From Tubiluchus corallicola (lineage: Eukaryota; Animalia; Priapulida), in contig JAQGDQ010000717.1 of the NCBI GenBank assembly GCA_030141605.1, positions 42,401-106,400 on the forward strand: a stretch of DNA of 64,000 nt. The letters run 5' to 3'. The translations under genes and the position numbers were made by a program. Of the stretch, positions 1-13,030 are shown piece by piece; within the stretch, counting starts at the first letter, position 1, and each line of letters begins with the position of its first letter. The notes beneath the pieces were generated by a model, which worked only from the letters and a program-made list of their open reading frames with translations, ran no database searches and was not told the DNA's origin.

Positions 1-1398
1 TTGGATATCCCGCTAAACTGCATTATCATGCCTTGCAACGAATCCACTCGCTTGTAATTGATCTTTTTGATTAATGTTTGTAGTTAGATTGAATGCTTTG
101 TGAGTTACAAGAGTTGTTTTACGTTCTATGACATTTATTGATTATATTTAGGAAAATTTATTACGCGCAGTTATAAATAAATTTTAAAAAAGTTTTGAAT
201 GCGACTTCTGTTTTTTTCTGTTGTCAAAATTTCACTCTAATCTTAGATTATTGATTTCAATTAAAATTTGAATACGATGAATTTTAGATGACAAGAACTA
301 GAAAAACCTAGTTAGATAAAAAGGAATTTAACATGATTTTGTAAAGCACAATTTAATATGAAAAGTTTATTTCTGGCCGGCCTCAAAATTTCTTGTTTAA
401 GTATGATGAATTCCAATGTATGTTTCTGTAACATTCGGGTCACGAAATTCTTTGCTAGCCCAACTGGGCCTCGAACTTGGGTCGGGCAACTTAAGTCAAG
501 ATGGGTTGCTGAACGGGCCGGTGACTCCAAATATTAAAGAGCAGCAATATTTGTTTGAATTCTAAGGCAGTTACAAGCGCAGGAGGGGTCGGTCCGTCCT
601 AAAGTACAGAGAATGGGCCAATGATGATACAGTGTGAACGGAAACAGTGAACACAACAAAGTATAAATAAACAAACTGTTTGCCATTTAACAACTATAAC
701 CGTAACCTCGTGGTATAATCTGCACCTCTCAAGTCATACCTGTCGTGACCCAGTTAATCATCCAATCATTGCGGTACTATAGGTATTCCGATCATGAAGC
801 CAGAATTTAGGCCAAAAGTTGAACTGTAACATTTCATTGTTGAACTCCCAATAGGTGGAGCCACCAGTTTATAACGTTTGCCAAATTCGGTTAATTAGTT
901 ATTAATGACAGGTTCAATACAATACATAAGATATAACTAATAGTTTTTTCCTATGCCACGTAAATGTGTTATTACAGTTAAATGGCTATTCGTTTTAATC
1001 TGCTAAACACGACCGTGACGGTCTCCAATGGACGCCCTACAGAAAGACGTGGAGACTATCGTGTCAACTGCAACTGTTGGGGACATTCATAATGTAATGA
1101 CAACACTAGTAGAAACACTGGCTCTGACTGACTGTGACATCATGTGCACACGTCATAGTCTCACTTCACTGATTGGACGTGTTTTACCTCCTGCTTATGA
1201 TGTCCCAGACACTATGACTCATGCGTTAAGCACACGCAAAAGACGCGTGTTCTAATTTCTTGCGAAATCGCAAGCAGAACGCAAGAGCCAGACCAATCAA
1301 ATAAGTGAGAGCGAGTCACGTGAGCGCCAGGTCACGCGGGCTGTCATTGTTATCGGCATTTTTAGGAAGAAAAATAACAGTCTCGGCATTTTGACAGC

Positions 1399-1896
1399 AT
1401 GGCATCTCGTACCGAACTTGCACTGTGTGACGTACACAGTGAGCTAACTCGTACCGAGCTTGCATTGTGTGATGTAAACAGTGAGCTATGTGTAGCAAGC
1501 CTGCACTGTGTGATGTACACAGCGAGCCATCTTGTACCAAGCTTTCACTGTTTAATGTACACCGTGTGCCATATCGTACCGAGCTTGCACTGTTTGAGGT
1601 ACACAGTAAGCCATATCGTACCGAGCTTGCACTGTTTGAGGTACACAGTAAGCCATATCGTACCGAGCTTGCACTGTGGGATGTACACAGTGAGCCATAT
1701 CGTACCGAGCTTGCACGGTTTGATGTACACAGTGTGCCATATCGTACCGAGCTTGCACTGTGGGATGTACACCGTGAGCCATATCGTACAGAGCTTGCAC
1801 TGTTTGATGTACACAGTGTGCCATATCGTAACGAGCTTGTACTGTTTGATGTACACAGTGTGCCATATCGTACCAATGTTGCACTGTGGGATGTAT
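1399..1896. repeat. 42-bp tandem minisatellite, about 12 units
   Basis: Unit CGTACCGAGCTTGCACTGTTTGATGTACACAGTGAGCCATAT repeated head-to-tail; explains the five overlapping 14-aa-periodic ORFs. Confidence 0.95.
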
Positions 1897-3589
1897 ACTA
1901 GGGCGGAGTGAAAAAAACTTTTTTGCCAAACCATTGGGAATCATCTTAGTATTTGTGACACTTGATAAAACTTAGATAATTGTCAAATCCCTGGAAGACA
2001 TTCTACACTTGATGTGTTAAAATCAAATAAATAAATTTTCATGTTCTACTTAAAGGTTATATGTCTTTAAAAACATAGCATATAAGACAAAAATTACGGA
2101 CAATGAAAGTCAAATATATGCACACATAGGCAAGAGAATGCAAACAATGTGTTAGAAATAACATTGCATGTTAAATTTTTAATGTTAGATTGAATTGTGA
2201 CGTTGTAATTTTGCTTTTGTTTCAAAAACTGACATGGACTTTCTTCCCTGCAGTCTCATTCTAATCTAACTGTCTCTGCTGGTGATACCGCAAACTTGTT
2301 GTGAAGAACAACCTGAGTACGACTAGGTATCTGCTTAATCCACTCACTTTTTCCAGTATTAGCAGTGCGTAGTATGTTAACGAAAGGACATTAAAATCGG
2401 CGAAGTGCTGCTCTGATGAATGTAAGACTGAACTTTCACAATACGTCGACTTGCTAATTGCTGCATGTGACCTTCTTCATCAAACATCTAATTGTCTCAT
2501 TTATAAAACTATGTACATACATCTTATTAATTTGCAAAGTCACTCAAAATGTTTCATTCATTTACCTTGTGTTGTTTTTATTTGGTACTTTATAGACTTC
2601 AAGTCCGGAGCAATAAGTGAATAATACAAAAATAAAAAAATAAACACGATATGTACATAAAAAATAAGAGAATTTTTCTACCAAATGTTCCCAAAGTTCA
2701 AGGAACCACAAATTTGATGAACCCTACAGTGCAGCCTATACTATCTTATGCTATCCTATCAACTCACCAACACATTAAAGTTGCCCTGTTCAATCAATAG
2801 CCTCACTGCAGCTACTTTTACTCTCGGATTTTCCAACTTTGTGAGTCAAATTGGCTGAAGTTTCACCACGTAATTTCAGCACTAGTTTTTATTTTATCAC
2901 TCCATTACATATTTAAATATGATTGTACATAATTTTGGCGGTACTGAAGTATGCTGTCATGTAGCTCTGCTACACGTTCGTAACGGAGGGAAGAATTTGC
3001 TAGAACTCCATAAATTCAGCACCTCAACGTGAACTGTCCGGAGCAGACATACATGTAAGGAGGCCGTCTTATCATTTGACGAAACAATCTAGTTCCTGTG
3101 TTTAAAAGGCGTTTTTTTTCAAACGGACTTTGCATCACGGTATCTACAAACTGAGGACGACATCTACTTCACGGAAATTTTATCTGGCTTTTTGGTCTGG
3201 CTTTGTTAACTAATACTATTGCATTGCTAGCTAAATAATATATTAATTACATAAGTATGATATAGTTATATATATATTTAAAAATATGGTTAAAATATAA
3301 AGCTTTATAAAAAATATTTATATATTTATAATAATATTTATAAATGAATACATGTATGTGTAGAATACGTATTAAATACATATACATACATTTTTTTCGT
3401 GTAAGTGCAAAATTGGTAGCCATTGCTATGTACTGTTGAAACCATTCGTGTCACCTGACTGTACCTAGTAAAAGAGCGAATTCACAAGCTGTATGTAAAG
3501 AAAAACGCAAGGAAAACAAAAGTGGCGGCACAAAAACGACAATTAAGTAACTGAAATTTGAACCTGTTGATCTAAGAGGAAAATGTTGG

Positions 3590-5330
3590 ATTATGGTAAA
3601 TAAGGAAAATGATCACTTAATCAGATTAATAAAGGAGACATTCAGTGAAGATGTGACTTCCTCCAGCTGAGTTCATGGATCCGCCACCAGACAGTTATAC
3701 ACAAAATCGTGGTCTACACTTCCGTGAAATCAAGGAGGAATTGCACAAGATGTGGCAAAAATATTAATATTAGGATGAAACAGGTCATAGAAAAAGTAGA
3801 AAACCTGAATAAAAAGAATGATCTCTTTGTCACAGGGATCAAAAGAAATTGAAATGAGCTACAAGAAAAAATTAAAACCTTGGAGAAATTAGTTAGCAGA
3901 CAACAAAAATGCCTCTCACGACTCGACAAATAGGAAAGGGGCCTTCACGTTGTGATGTTGCGTTTTTCTAAAGATGGTCACTTAGTGTTTGATCATTGAG
4001 ATCTTGAACGTTCAAACAGAGCTGTTCAAAACTACAGGATGGCAGCTCTACAACTCGACCACTGATGGTGGAATTTTCTTTGCATTATGATAGGAATGCT
4101 GGTTTGAGATATACGAGAAAGCTGAAAACAGAGCAGAGAATTAAAATCTTCATTAAAAAGCTGACATGACGAAGAGCGAGCTAGAAGAGAGTTAACGTTT
4201 GTAAGGAAGAGAAGCAACATAAAGGAGAAGATGGTTTTTCCTGTTATGTTCGGTCAATACTCTACTTAAGTTCTGAAGTAATAGACAAAGTGAGGCCGGT
4301 GACTGGAACGTTTTAGGCATGAACAAAACTTTCTGAGTAACTATAGTAATATTACCATTTGTTTTTGGAATATGACAGTGTATGATGTGTGCAAAAGTAT
4401 AATTAGAATCTGTAAGTTGTGAAAAATATGATATTATAGTATTATAGTATTAGTATAGTCAGAAACGCATTCATGTAAGTGAAATGTTCTCGCTTAAAGG
4501 ATGTGTATGTTTTCATAATTCATTTTCAGAAGCCGATATTCAATACTCAAAAAGAGGTGTGTCTATCTTCCTTAAAGTGCCTTGAATATTATGCCCTTCA
4601 TTAAAGATCATCTTATCCCATTAGTTATGTGAAAGTTATTTGTGAAGTCGAAATTGAACACTTGTAGAAAACAACTAAACACCAAATTACATGTTTGCAC
4701 AAAACTGAAACACTTTTATTACAATAAATACACAGTAAAATGCACAAGTAAAATGAAGATCACAACTGCTGCACAGCACTGAGTGTGTGACAGAGAGAGA
4801 GTGTGTCCCATGAGTTGCACGACTGCACTGCCCGAGACAGAGAGTGACTAGCAGTGAAGTCTAGCCAGTTTATATATGCAGAGAACTATGCAAAAACTTG
4901 GCTTCACATATCCCATTACAGTAAAATAGGGGAGATCCAGTGAGTTTGAATATTCAAGGGGTGAATTGAACTAGTAAAATGTTAAAGTGACTAATCAATA
5001 GATGGCAGCACCTAAAATATACAGTTACAACTTTCACAAGTTAAAAAAGTTGTTATGCCCAGATATGATTCTGTAGTGTTATTGTAGCTTTAAAATGCCC
5101 ACTTGGATTGTAGGAAATGTAAATACCACCCGTTGGTTTAAATTACTTTTCGAACGATTTTTTCACCAACATGATACCATTTGTCAGGGAGCTTAATAAT
5201 CTTCCTATAATATTGCCAGGTGATTTTAATGCAAGAGCGGGTTCGTTAAGAAATAATATGACAAAAGAAACATTCTATGAAAAAATGTAGATCAACAGGT
5301 GAATTCTCATGGTGCATCACAATTATTAGG
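3590..5330 (+). mobile_element. Degenerate LINE 5' part (ORF1 remnant plus AP-endonuclease remnant), CR1/L2-like
   Basis: IILPGDFNARAG near 5207-5242 and VNSHG at 5299 (APE motifs); an ETH-like motif near 4460; RPLMVEF-like ORF1 remnant near 4055-4080; many stops and frameshifts. Confidence 0.6.
4628..5038 (-). mobile_element. Solo LTR (411 bp) inserted in the LINE remnant
   Basis: Perfect 10-bp terminal inverted repeat TGTGAAAGTT...AACTTTCACA (TG..CA); 5-bp TSD AGTTA at 4623-4627 and 5039-5043; TATATAAA (~4870) followed by AATAAA (~4717) on the minus strand. Confidence 0.8.
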
Positions 5331-5515
5331 GTGTGGGTCGCTTAAATTACATATTGCCAATCATATATGCATTATAAATCTGTGCAGTGTGAAAGCGACT
5401 TTATTTTTCAATGGAACTTTTACAAGCGCAGAGGATAGTAAAACTTATAGGGCAAACCTATCACATTATTTTCTAGTAGTTACGCCGTTTTGAGTATATA
5501 TTGATCAAACTTTAA

Positions 5516-6030
5516 AAGGGGAATATCATCAAAATCAAGTTAAACTTATTCTACAGCTGACTGCCCCGTGAACAACTTGGCGAATTTTTTTTAACAGAAC
5601 GCTGTCTAATTAATGAGTAATTAACTTTTTTGTATCTGACGGGAAACGCCATGGAGCTCTTATTACAACATTAGAGCATTTGACCTTAATTCGGAGAGGT
5701 TGTCATCTGATAGACATGATTGTGCTGCCCTCATTCACATGTTTTCATCAAATTCTGCAAAAGCGATATATTTTACTACCTTGGAAAGTTATAGGTAAAT
5801 TATACTATATTCTAATAGAGGTAAACAATCATTGCGCAAAAGTAGGCCTAAAGCATATTGTGAAAATTCTTTTGGCGTTAATTGAAAACATCGTCAATAA
5901 TACAAGCTGCCAAAAGTTCGTTTCTTGTAAAACAAGTCATATAGTGATATAATAACTTCATTCACCTAAAGAATTAATGAATTTGTAAACACAGAGAAAC
6001 TCACGCAGAATTTTTGGTGACAGCTTTCTG
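5516..6030. mobile_element. Kolobok-like non-autonomous DNA transposon end / dispersed repeat
   Basis: TTAA then AAGGGGAATATCATCAAAATCAAGTT; related reverse-complement ends at 22075-22197 and 43760-43792, both followed by TTAA; 5630-6030 is similar to 41980-42545. Confidence 0.6.
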
Positions 6031-7234
6031 AGAGGCACACCGCCTGTTTTTTGTGCAATGCGTTACCAAAAGTCCCGTCTAACTAGAGAATGAGAAAACG
6101 CACGCAACAGCCATGAACTAGTGACGCAAACGTGAAATTGTGTTTAATTTGTAATAATTCTTTCATGATAGTTATTTTTGAAAATATAGTGAAAATTTTG
6201 TTTGCGACTGGTACGGGTATCTGTTTTTTCTTCCACTGGTACAATGGAATTTGACGAAGTTGCCTCCAGATTTCGTGCACCATTACTTCCGAAAAATAAT
6301 GAGATTTTAGCTCAGTCGTGTAACACCTGTAATACAATAGCTTACATTACCTTAATACAAGCTGCATAAAAAGTGAATGCATGGAGAAACCTTTGCTGCT
6401 TAAAGTCTCGAACTTCGTATAAAAATGTTGTCTAGCAGTAACAGTTTTTATGAAAAGCTTAATTTTTTTAACTTTGTGGTTTTTATGCAGTTTACATGAT
6501 ATATTTCCTGGTGAGGGGCGAGTGTGGTGAACCTCTTTTTTGAAACAAGTACAGCTGATGCACTGTAGCGTAGGAAGTTGAATAATATCTTGGCCCAGTT
6601 GTATATTAACTGCAAGCGATGCCTGCAGCTGTGAAGGGCAAGAGAACTAGGAAATAAATCAGCAATGGTATTTGCAATGAGCTGTTAGCTACACGTATCT
6701 AAATTACATAATCGTTTCAATCTGCAATGTCCAATTTGCTCAAAAACTATGGCAAAGACAGCAGTAATGACTACTTTCTTTCATTTTCCTTTTATCTCTT
6801 TTGGCGCCTCTTCACAACATTCTGCCATCTTCTTGCATTTAATAATTATATTTGATAAAAATTGCATGTCTGGTATCATTCAATGAAAAGAGTACATTAC
6901 AAAACACTTGTGCAATTAAGACGCAAGACGTAGAGCCTAGACTCAAAATTTAGTTGCGCAATTTTTAGTTGCATACTGGATTTTGTTATTTAACACATTT
7001 AAAAACTTCTAGTTGAGCAACTGAAAATTGCATGCCTGCGCAGTTTAATTTAATAATTAATAATTTAATATTTAATAATTGAAGTAGTAATCGTTTTTTT
7101 TGTACAATATTCCACCCCTAATTTTCACTCTACAAAAGCTGCTTGTCATTAAAGTCCAGTTTGTACCTGCGATTTTTTTTAATCCTGAGGTGAAATGATG
7201 CGTATGATTAGTTTACTTCGTCTTTGCTCTTAAA

Positions 7235-7490
7235 GCTGCGACGATTAGAATAAAACGTGCCAAATTACAGACCACCTGAGATGCTCTCTCCACACAAAGA
7301 GCAGCTTATAATGTAAATCCTGTAAAGTATTTGAATTGAGACGCAGTTCACGCCCTGCACTCAAGGCTGCGACGATTAGAATAAAACAAATTACAGACCA
7401 CCTGAGATGCTTTCTCCACTCAAAGAGCAGCTTATAATGGTTTCGTAAATCCTGTAAAGTATTTGAGTTCACGCCCTGCACACAAAGAAA
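7235..7490. repeat. Tandem duplication of a ~130-bp unit (2 copies; partial third near 7585)
   Basis: GCTGCGACGATTAGAATAAAAC...CAGACCACCTGAGATGCT...GTTCACGCCCTGCAC seen twice. Confidence 0.9.
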
Positions 7491-8469
7491 GATTGTAATC
7501 TTCAACAATTTCCTCTATAATGGTCGAAAAAATGCCGAAAAAATAATGACCCCCGCTTTTGACCACTTGAAACCGACCTTGCGAACACAAAAGAGCAGCT
7601 TAATTGTAAACCTTGTCAAATATTTACCTGAGCTACAGGTAGAGCGTAGTTAACAAAGGAAGATTATAATAATCTTGCTCTTTGAAGATTCAGCAGGCTC
7701 AGCAACAATTTTAGCAGCGTGAGAACTTCTGGTTAATGACCAACCTTGAATATGTTTGCTCTGCTAAATAAACACTAGCGTCCCTTTTTAACAACTTTGG
7801 AGCTTATAGAAATTTATGGAAACTTTTCTGGCACCAGTATTGACTGTTGTTGCTTGGTACTGCATTGTTTTTTGTAAATCTTTTCACTGATAACTGCTTG
7901 TCGTGAACTGATGCAGTGTTTAACCTGCTCTAAAGAAAACACTTAGAATTTAACTAAAGTATTTTAAACGCTTCTGTAAACCCAAAATAGTCAAGGTAGA
8001 AAGTACTTTACTGCTTAGAACTTAGCGCAATGTATTTATCAGAAATGCATTTTTAGCATTTTGTCCAGAAGCACTACATACTTTAACTTCTTGTCTTAGA
8101 CAATTATTTTTCATACTGACTCGAGTCTTTTACTGCCACGATCTGTGCAATAAGAAAATGTTACCGTTATGTGCTAATGGTAGCTAGTGTTTGAAAATGA
8201 AAATTTTAAAAGGGCGGATCCACAATGATTAAACTTTAGAAATGATAATTATTTTTTGGACATTTGTATTTGAGTTCGTAGATATAATTACAGTTACTAT
8301 TACAACTTTTTGTAACAAATAATAATACATTACATAAAAATTCATGCACAACAATGAACTTTTTATTGACTTATTACTGTTTTCTTGTTGTTTCTGTACT
8401 ATCACTGTCATTAGCTATATCGTCAGATGTACTTTCAGTTTAGTATTCGTACATTGTCGTTACGATATT

Positions 8470-8880
8470 AGTGCAGTAACAATCGAGTGTAAGGGCCATT
8501 TCACAGTGAGGACGCGCGACAGATTTCCCAGTATAGTTCCTCGTGAGGAATTCTGCTGCCAGATAGAAGCTACGTATCCTACTCGTGAGGAACAGTGATA
8601 AAAAATTGTTTTTGGAGACTTGAATGCTGATGTCGTAGTTTTTACAAAATGCTGTTTGTACAATACAAAATGAAAGACAAATTGAATGGTATCCCATACC
8701 ACGAGATTGACCCCTGACAAAAGGTCATGGGTACAAGTGTCACGAGCTATGATTTTATTGAAAAGAAACGCAATTCATAGATAATCGAGTATGGCGAATT
8801 CGTTGAAGACAATATTGAGACTTTCAGACCAAACACCTCTGGGGTTCTTAGTCCGAAAGTTGCAAGTTCCAATTTCACGG
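8470..8880 (+). mobile_element. Degenerate LINE AP-endonuclease fragment
   Basis: KIVFGDLNA motif (GDLNA at 8614-8628) preceded by in-frame stops. Confidence 0.4.
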
Positions 8881-10280
8881 AAGCGAAATGCAGCTACTTT
8901 ACTTTAAAGTAATGCAATATGTCACATTGCACTACATTACATTACTTTACAACACTCTGTTACGTAACATTACACTTACATAATATATTGCAGAATCTTC
9001 CACTTATGACTTCGTCATAAGTTCTTTATTTTTCTTCTATTTCATTGTTAATATTCTGCAATACTTGCACAATGTTAATCAAACACAACTGTTTATTAAA
9101 GGAAGACGGGATGATTTTTCATATACAACCCCATTTTCATGTCCGGTAAAAAGTAAACATTTTAACACCAACAATACTGCAAAAACGTTTGTGATAATTA
9201 AACAATAGATTAAAAGCTTAATTAACGGGTGGCGAGCCCAACTATTGATGACATCACAAACGAACATAATTTTCAAGAGCAAAAATATTCCACGAGCGTG
9301 TTGCACGTGCTTGCGAAAGCGAAAATTAAAGTACAGTGCTACTGTAAGATATTCAGTTTGTTGTACGAAAACTAGGCATGTTTTAAGATGAATATTCAAA
9401 TTTTAAATTTACCGCTGTGCTCGGGCATTAGCTGTCGAATGTGTGTAGTTCCTCATAAACTAACACATCTGAACTGAGAGGCGCAGCACCTGTTTTTTGT
9501 GCGAAGCGTTTTTCCAAAATTCAGGCGCTAGTGCCCATCTAACTAGCGAAGAAGTGGACGGCGAATAATTAGTGGCTCGAACATGAAACTGTGTTTGTGT
9601 GGTAATAATTCTTTCCTGTAAGTCATTTTCGAATTCTTTCAGGTTAGTCATTTTTGAAAAAAATAGTAAGTTCCCTTTCAATATTTTAAAGAGTAGATTG
9701 TTTTGACTTAAAGTTTTAAGGTTCGGTCCTGTTTTTTCTTTAAGATTCTGCAATGCTTGCAGGAGGTTCTTGTTCTTGGAAATCAACTGTTCGTTTGTAC
9801 TTTAACCTTGGTACGACAATGAAGAATTTCATAACATTGTAACTGTAGCTAGTGTCACCAAACTTGTAGGGCAGACATCTGGGATAGGGAGTAGTTTGAA
9901 CCCCAGTTAAAGCTTTATGACTATAAGCTTGATATTAATTTCAATTTTGTACTAGCACTGTGACCTCGTGGTGCCCAAAGTCAAAAATAAAAGGTTAATG
10001 GGTTAATGACTCATTTTCTTCTTTTTCTATCCCAAATTCCAACTGGTCGTAGATTATTGTCTTGCTACTTTCATCGTTGCCGAAAGACGATTTCAACTTT
10101 TGTGGACTCACGTCCATCTCTTCCGACAATGAGTTTACACTTTCTCTGGAATCATTAGTTCCATTTCCATCTACAGTAACTGTGATAGAGCTAAGTTGTT
10201 TATTCGGAGTGGAAGTACGTGGGCGGACTGGAGAGAGGTTGGGCAGTGAAAGATCACTAGGGTTGAAGAGACTGGGAGAA

Positions 10281-12107
10281 TCAAGCTGTGGCAAGAGGGC
10301 TGAAAAAGAGGGGCTGGAAGTACTGGACTGTGTAACTCGAAGCAGTAGCAACTTTTTTATTACCGACTGAATTTTGTTCTGGTGAGTATGGTGGTGGTGG
10401 CGGAAACCCAGAAGATAGAGACTCATTAGCCTGACTGGATTCGGTGCTGATTTCCGAAGCATCGTAGATAATTGTTGCTTGCGCGTCTACGTTAGCTTGA
10501 GTGGAATTATTTTGCGTTGCATTGTTTTGTGCATCCCAAGAGAAGCCCGTGGGTGGCGCGTATTTCCAGAGCCTATCGGCATGCACAACTTTACAATTTC
10601 TGGCGCCTGGAAGTTTGATACGGTATACCACACCTGATAATCGTATGACTACAGTATAAGGTCCATCCCAATCCATTTGCAGTTCGGGTGCACGTCCATC
10701 CTTACGTTGGGGGTTGAAGAACCATACCAAATCGTGTTCTTTAAAACGAGAACGTTTAGCTTTAACGTCGTACCTTCGACGCATTGTTTCGCCTGAGAAG
10801 CGCAAATTATTTCGAATAAAATGGTGGACATCATGTAGACTATCTTCTAAGTACTTTACATGGTCAACTACATTATGACAGACAGATTCAAGAGGTAGGT
10901 CCGTTAGCAAGTCGAGAGGCAGACGTAGTTCCCGACCCATCATGGCTTTGGTAGGAGTAAACCCTGTAGCATCATGTTCTGCTGACCGATAACTTAACAG
11001 AATTAAGGGCATTTTCACATCCGAGTCGCGCTGGTGTAAACTTGCGAATTGTGCCAATTGACGTGAAATAGTTTTAATGTACCTTTCTGCAAGGCCATTT
11101 GACTGAGGCCATAAATGGGTGGCACGCGTCTTGACAATGTCTAAAAATTCACAACATTGCTGAAAAATGCGAGACTCGAAGTTTCTACCCTGATCGCTAT
11201 GAATTTTACCAGGCAGACCAAACCGAGAAAATAATTCATTTACCAAGGCTCTGGCTACAGTTTCTGCTTCTTGGTTAGGAAGGGCGCACCCTTCTGGCGA
11301 TTTGGATAAATAATCTACAGCGATCAGGACATACTTATTCCCAGAGTCTGATTTAGGGAAAGGTCCAGCTACATCTATTGCTATGCGCTCCATAGGAGCT
11401 CCTACCCTGTACTGTTGCAAAGGTGCTCTTGGCTTGCGCTGGGGCCCCTTTTTTCGACAACATTCACGACATGACCGTATCCATAACTGGATATCCTTCC
11501 GCATGCCTGGCCAGAAGTACCGATCACACAGCCTGGCAAAAGTTTTGTTCTGGCCGAAGTGACCAGCAGTAGGACTATTATGAAACCCTGTAAGTAGACT
11601 TTCACGAAAGGCTCTAGGAACTAGCCATTGGTAACGGACTACAGTCCCGTCTGGAGATTCCCATTTACGCTGCACTACCCCATTTTCTACTTTGAGCGCG
11701 TCCCATTGGCGCCAAATAGCTTTTGATTCAGGGCTTAGATCAGAAACTTGCTCCCATGCTGGTTTTTGGGCTGAAGTTTGCAAAAATCCCAATATTGGGG
11801 CTATGTCTTTGTCTTTTGTCTGTCCTTCAGCAAAATCAAGATTTACATCTCTCAATGTTGTACTGATTTGATAAATTGTGGCATCACATTTATTGCATCA
11901 CGTTACACGGTTCTTGTTTGCTACAATGTTTGCAACTGACTTCGCAGGGCCGACGAGAAAGCGCGTCCGCATTTCCGTGGCTTTTGCCTGCACGATGTTC
12001 TATTGTGTAATCATACTGGTCTAATTTGCAAAGCCAGCGAGCTAACTGACCTTCTGGTTTACGCAAAGTTCACAGCCAGCGAAGAGCAGCATGGTCAGTG
12101 CGTATAG
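10281..12107 (-). mobile_element. Ty3/Gypsy LTR retrotransposon pol fragment: RNase H C-terminus plus integrase
   Basis: ORF 10281-11855 has the integrase HHCC finger (FHNSPTAGH...CRECC) and rve D-D-E (IDVAGP, SDQGRNF, SNGLAER) plus WDGPYTV. 11944-12107 translates to IRTDHAALRWL*...GQLARWL...EHRAGKSHGNADALSRRPC. Truncated upstream. Confidence 0.93.
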
Positions 12108-12682
12108 CCAAGAACCTCTATAACTAAATGAACGTGACACACTATTGTTCTACAGTCTCGGGCTAACTAAAGGCGCCCAGATTGACAGGTCAAACAGTGT
12201 TCAACGTTTACGCGGGCACTTGAAACTAAGTGTATGAGTTTGCTGAAATGTTTATTGCTATGTAATGTTATTTATGTTGAGCACTAGACTTTTCATTGCT
12301 ACGATAATCGTCATTATGCCTACGTAGTAAGTGTCCTCATAGTAAATTTAATTTACGGAAAATGTTAATTATCAGCAGTCTGGTTATCTAATATCTTCTA
12401 CAAACTGCGTCATTCTAAGTTCGCGGCCTGTGTCGATCGGTAGTTGGTACTGTACATTTACGTAACAAAATAGCTACTGTATGCTACGTTTATATATTAT
12501 CTTACATGTTTTTTAGTTTTGAAAGGATTTCACGAATTCCTCGAGAAGGCTGGCAACCAAACCAAAAGCGTCGAGAATTTGTTCACGCCACTTTGTTGAG
12601 GATGATTTTGGAGTCGGAATATAGGGATGTTAGTAGCAGTACTGTATACGAAATCAACAAATACACAAAGATAAAAATATCG

Positions 12683-12697
12683 AACAACAACAACAAC

Positions 12698-12775
<78 letters not shown>

Positions 12776-12882
12776 GTAGTAGTAGCAGTAATGATGATGA
12801 TAATAATAAGAATATTAACAACAACAACAACAACAACAATAATAATAATAATAATAATAATCAGGAACAACAACAACAACAA
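12683..12882. repeat. Compound (AAT)n/(AAC)n microsatellite
   Basis: Long AAT and AAC runs; source of the poly-I and poly-L ORFs. Confidence 0.97.
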
Positions 12883-12939
12883 GAATTTGAAATCCACGAA
12901 TTTGAAATATATTTTGTAATATATAAATATATATATACA

Positions 12940-12987
12940 TGTGTGTGTGTGTGTATGTGTGTGTGTGTGTGTGTGTGTGCGTGTGTG

Positions 12988-13030
<43 letters not shown>
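12940..13030. repeat. (GT)n microsatellite
   Basis: Direct reading. Confidence 0.97.

Noticed and set aside
1399-1896. CRISPR-like periodicity (also 17105-17440 and 27020-27570)
   Set aside because: Head-to-tail repeats with no unique spacers, no cas genes, and a eukaryotic context
2395-2450. Hammerhead ribozyme core CTGATGA (also CTGAAGA...GAAAC at ~13215)
   Set aside because: No properly placed GAAA with pairing stems could be built by eye
12506-12919. Poly-Ile/Leu ORFs
   Set aside because: Translations of (AAT)n/(AAC)n microsatellites
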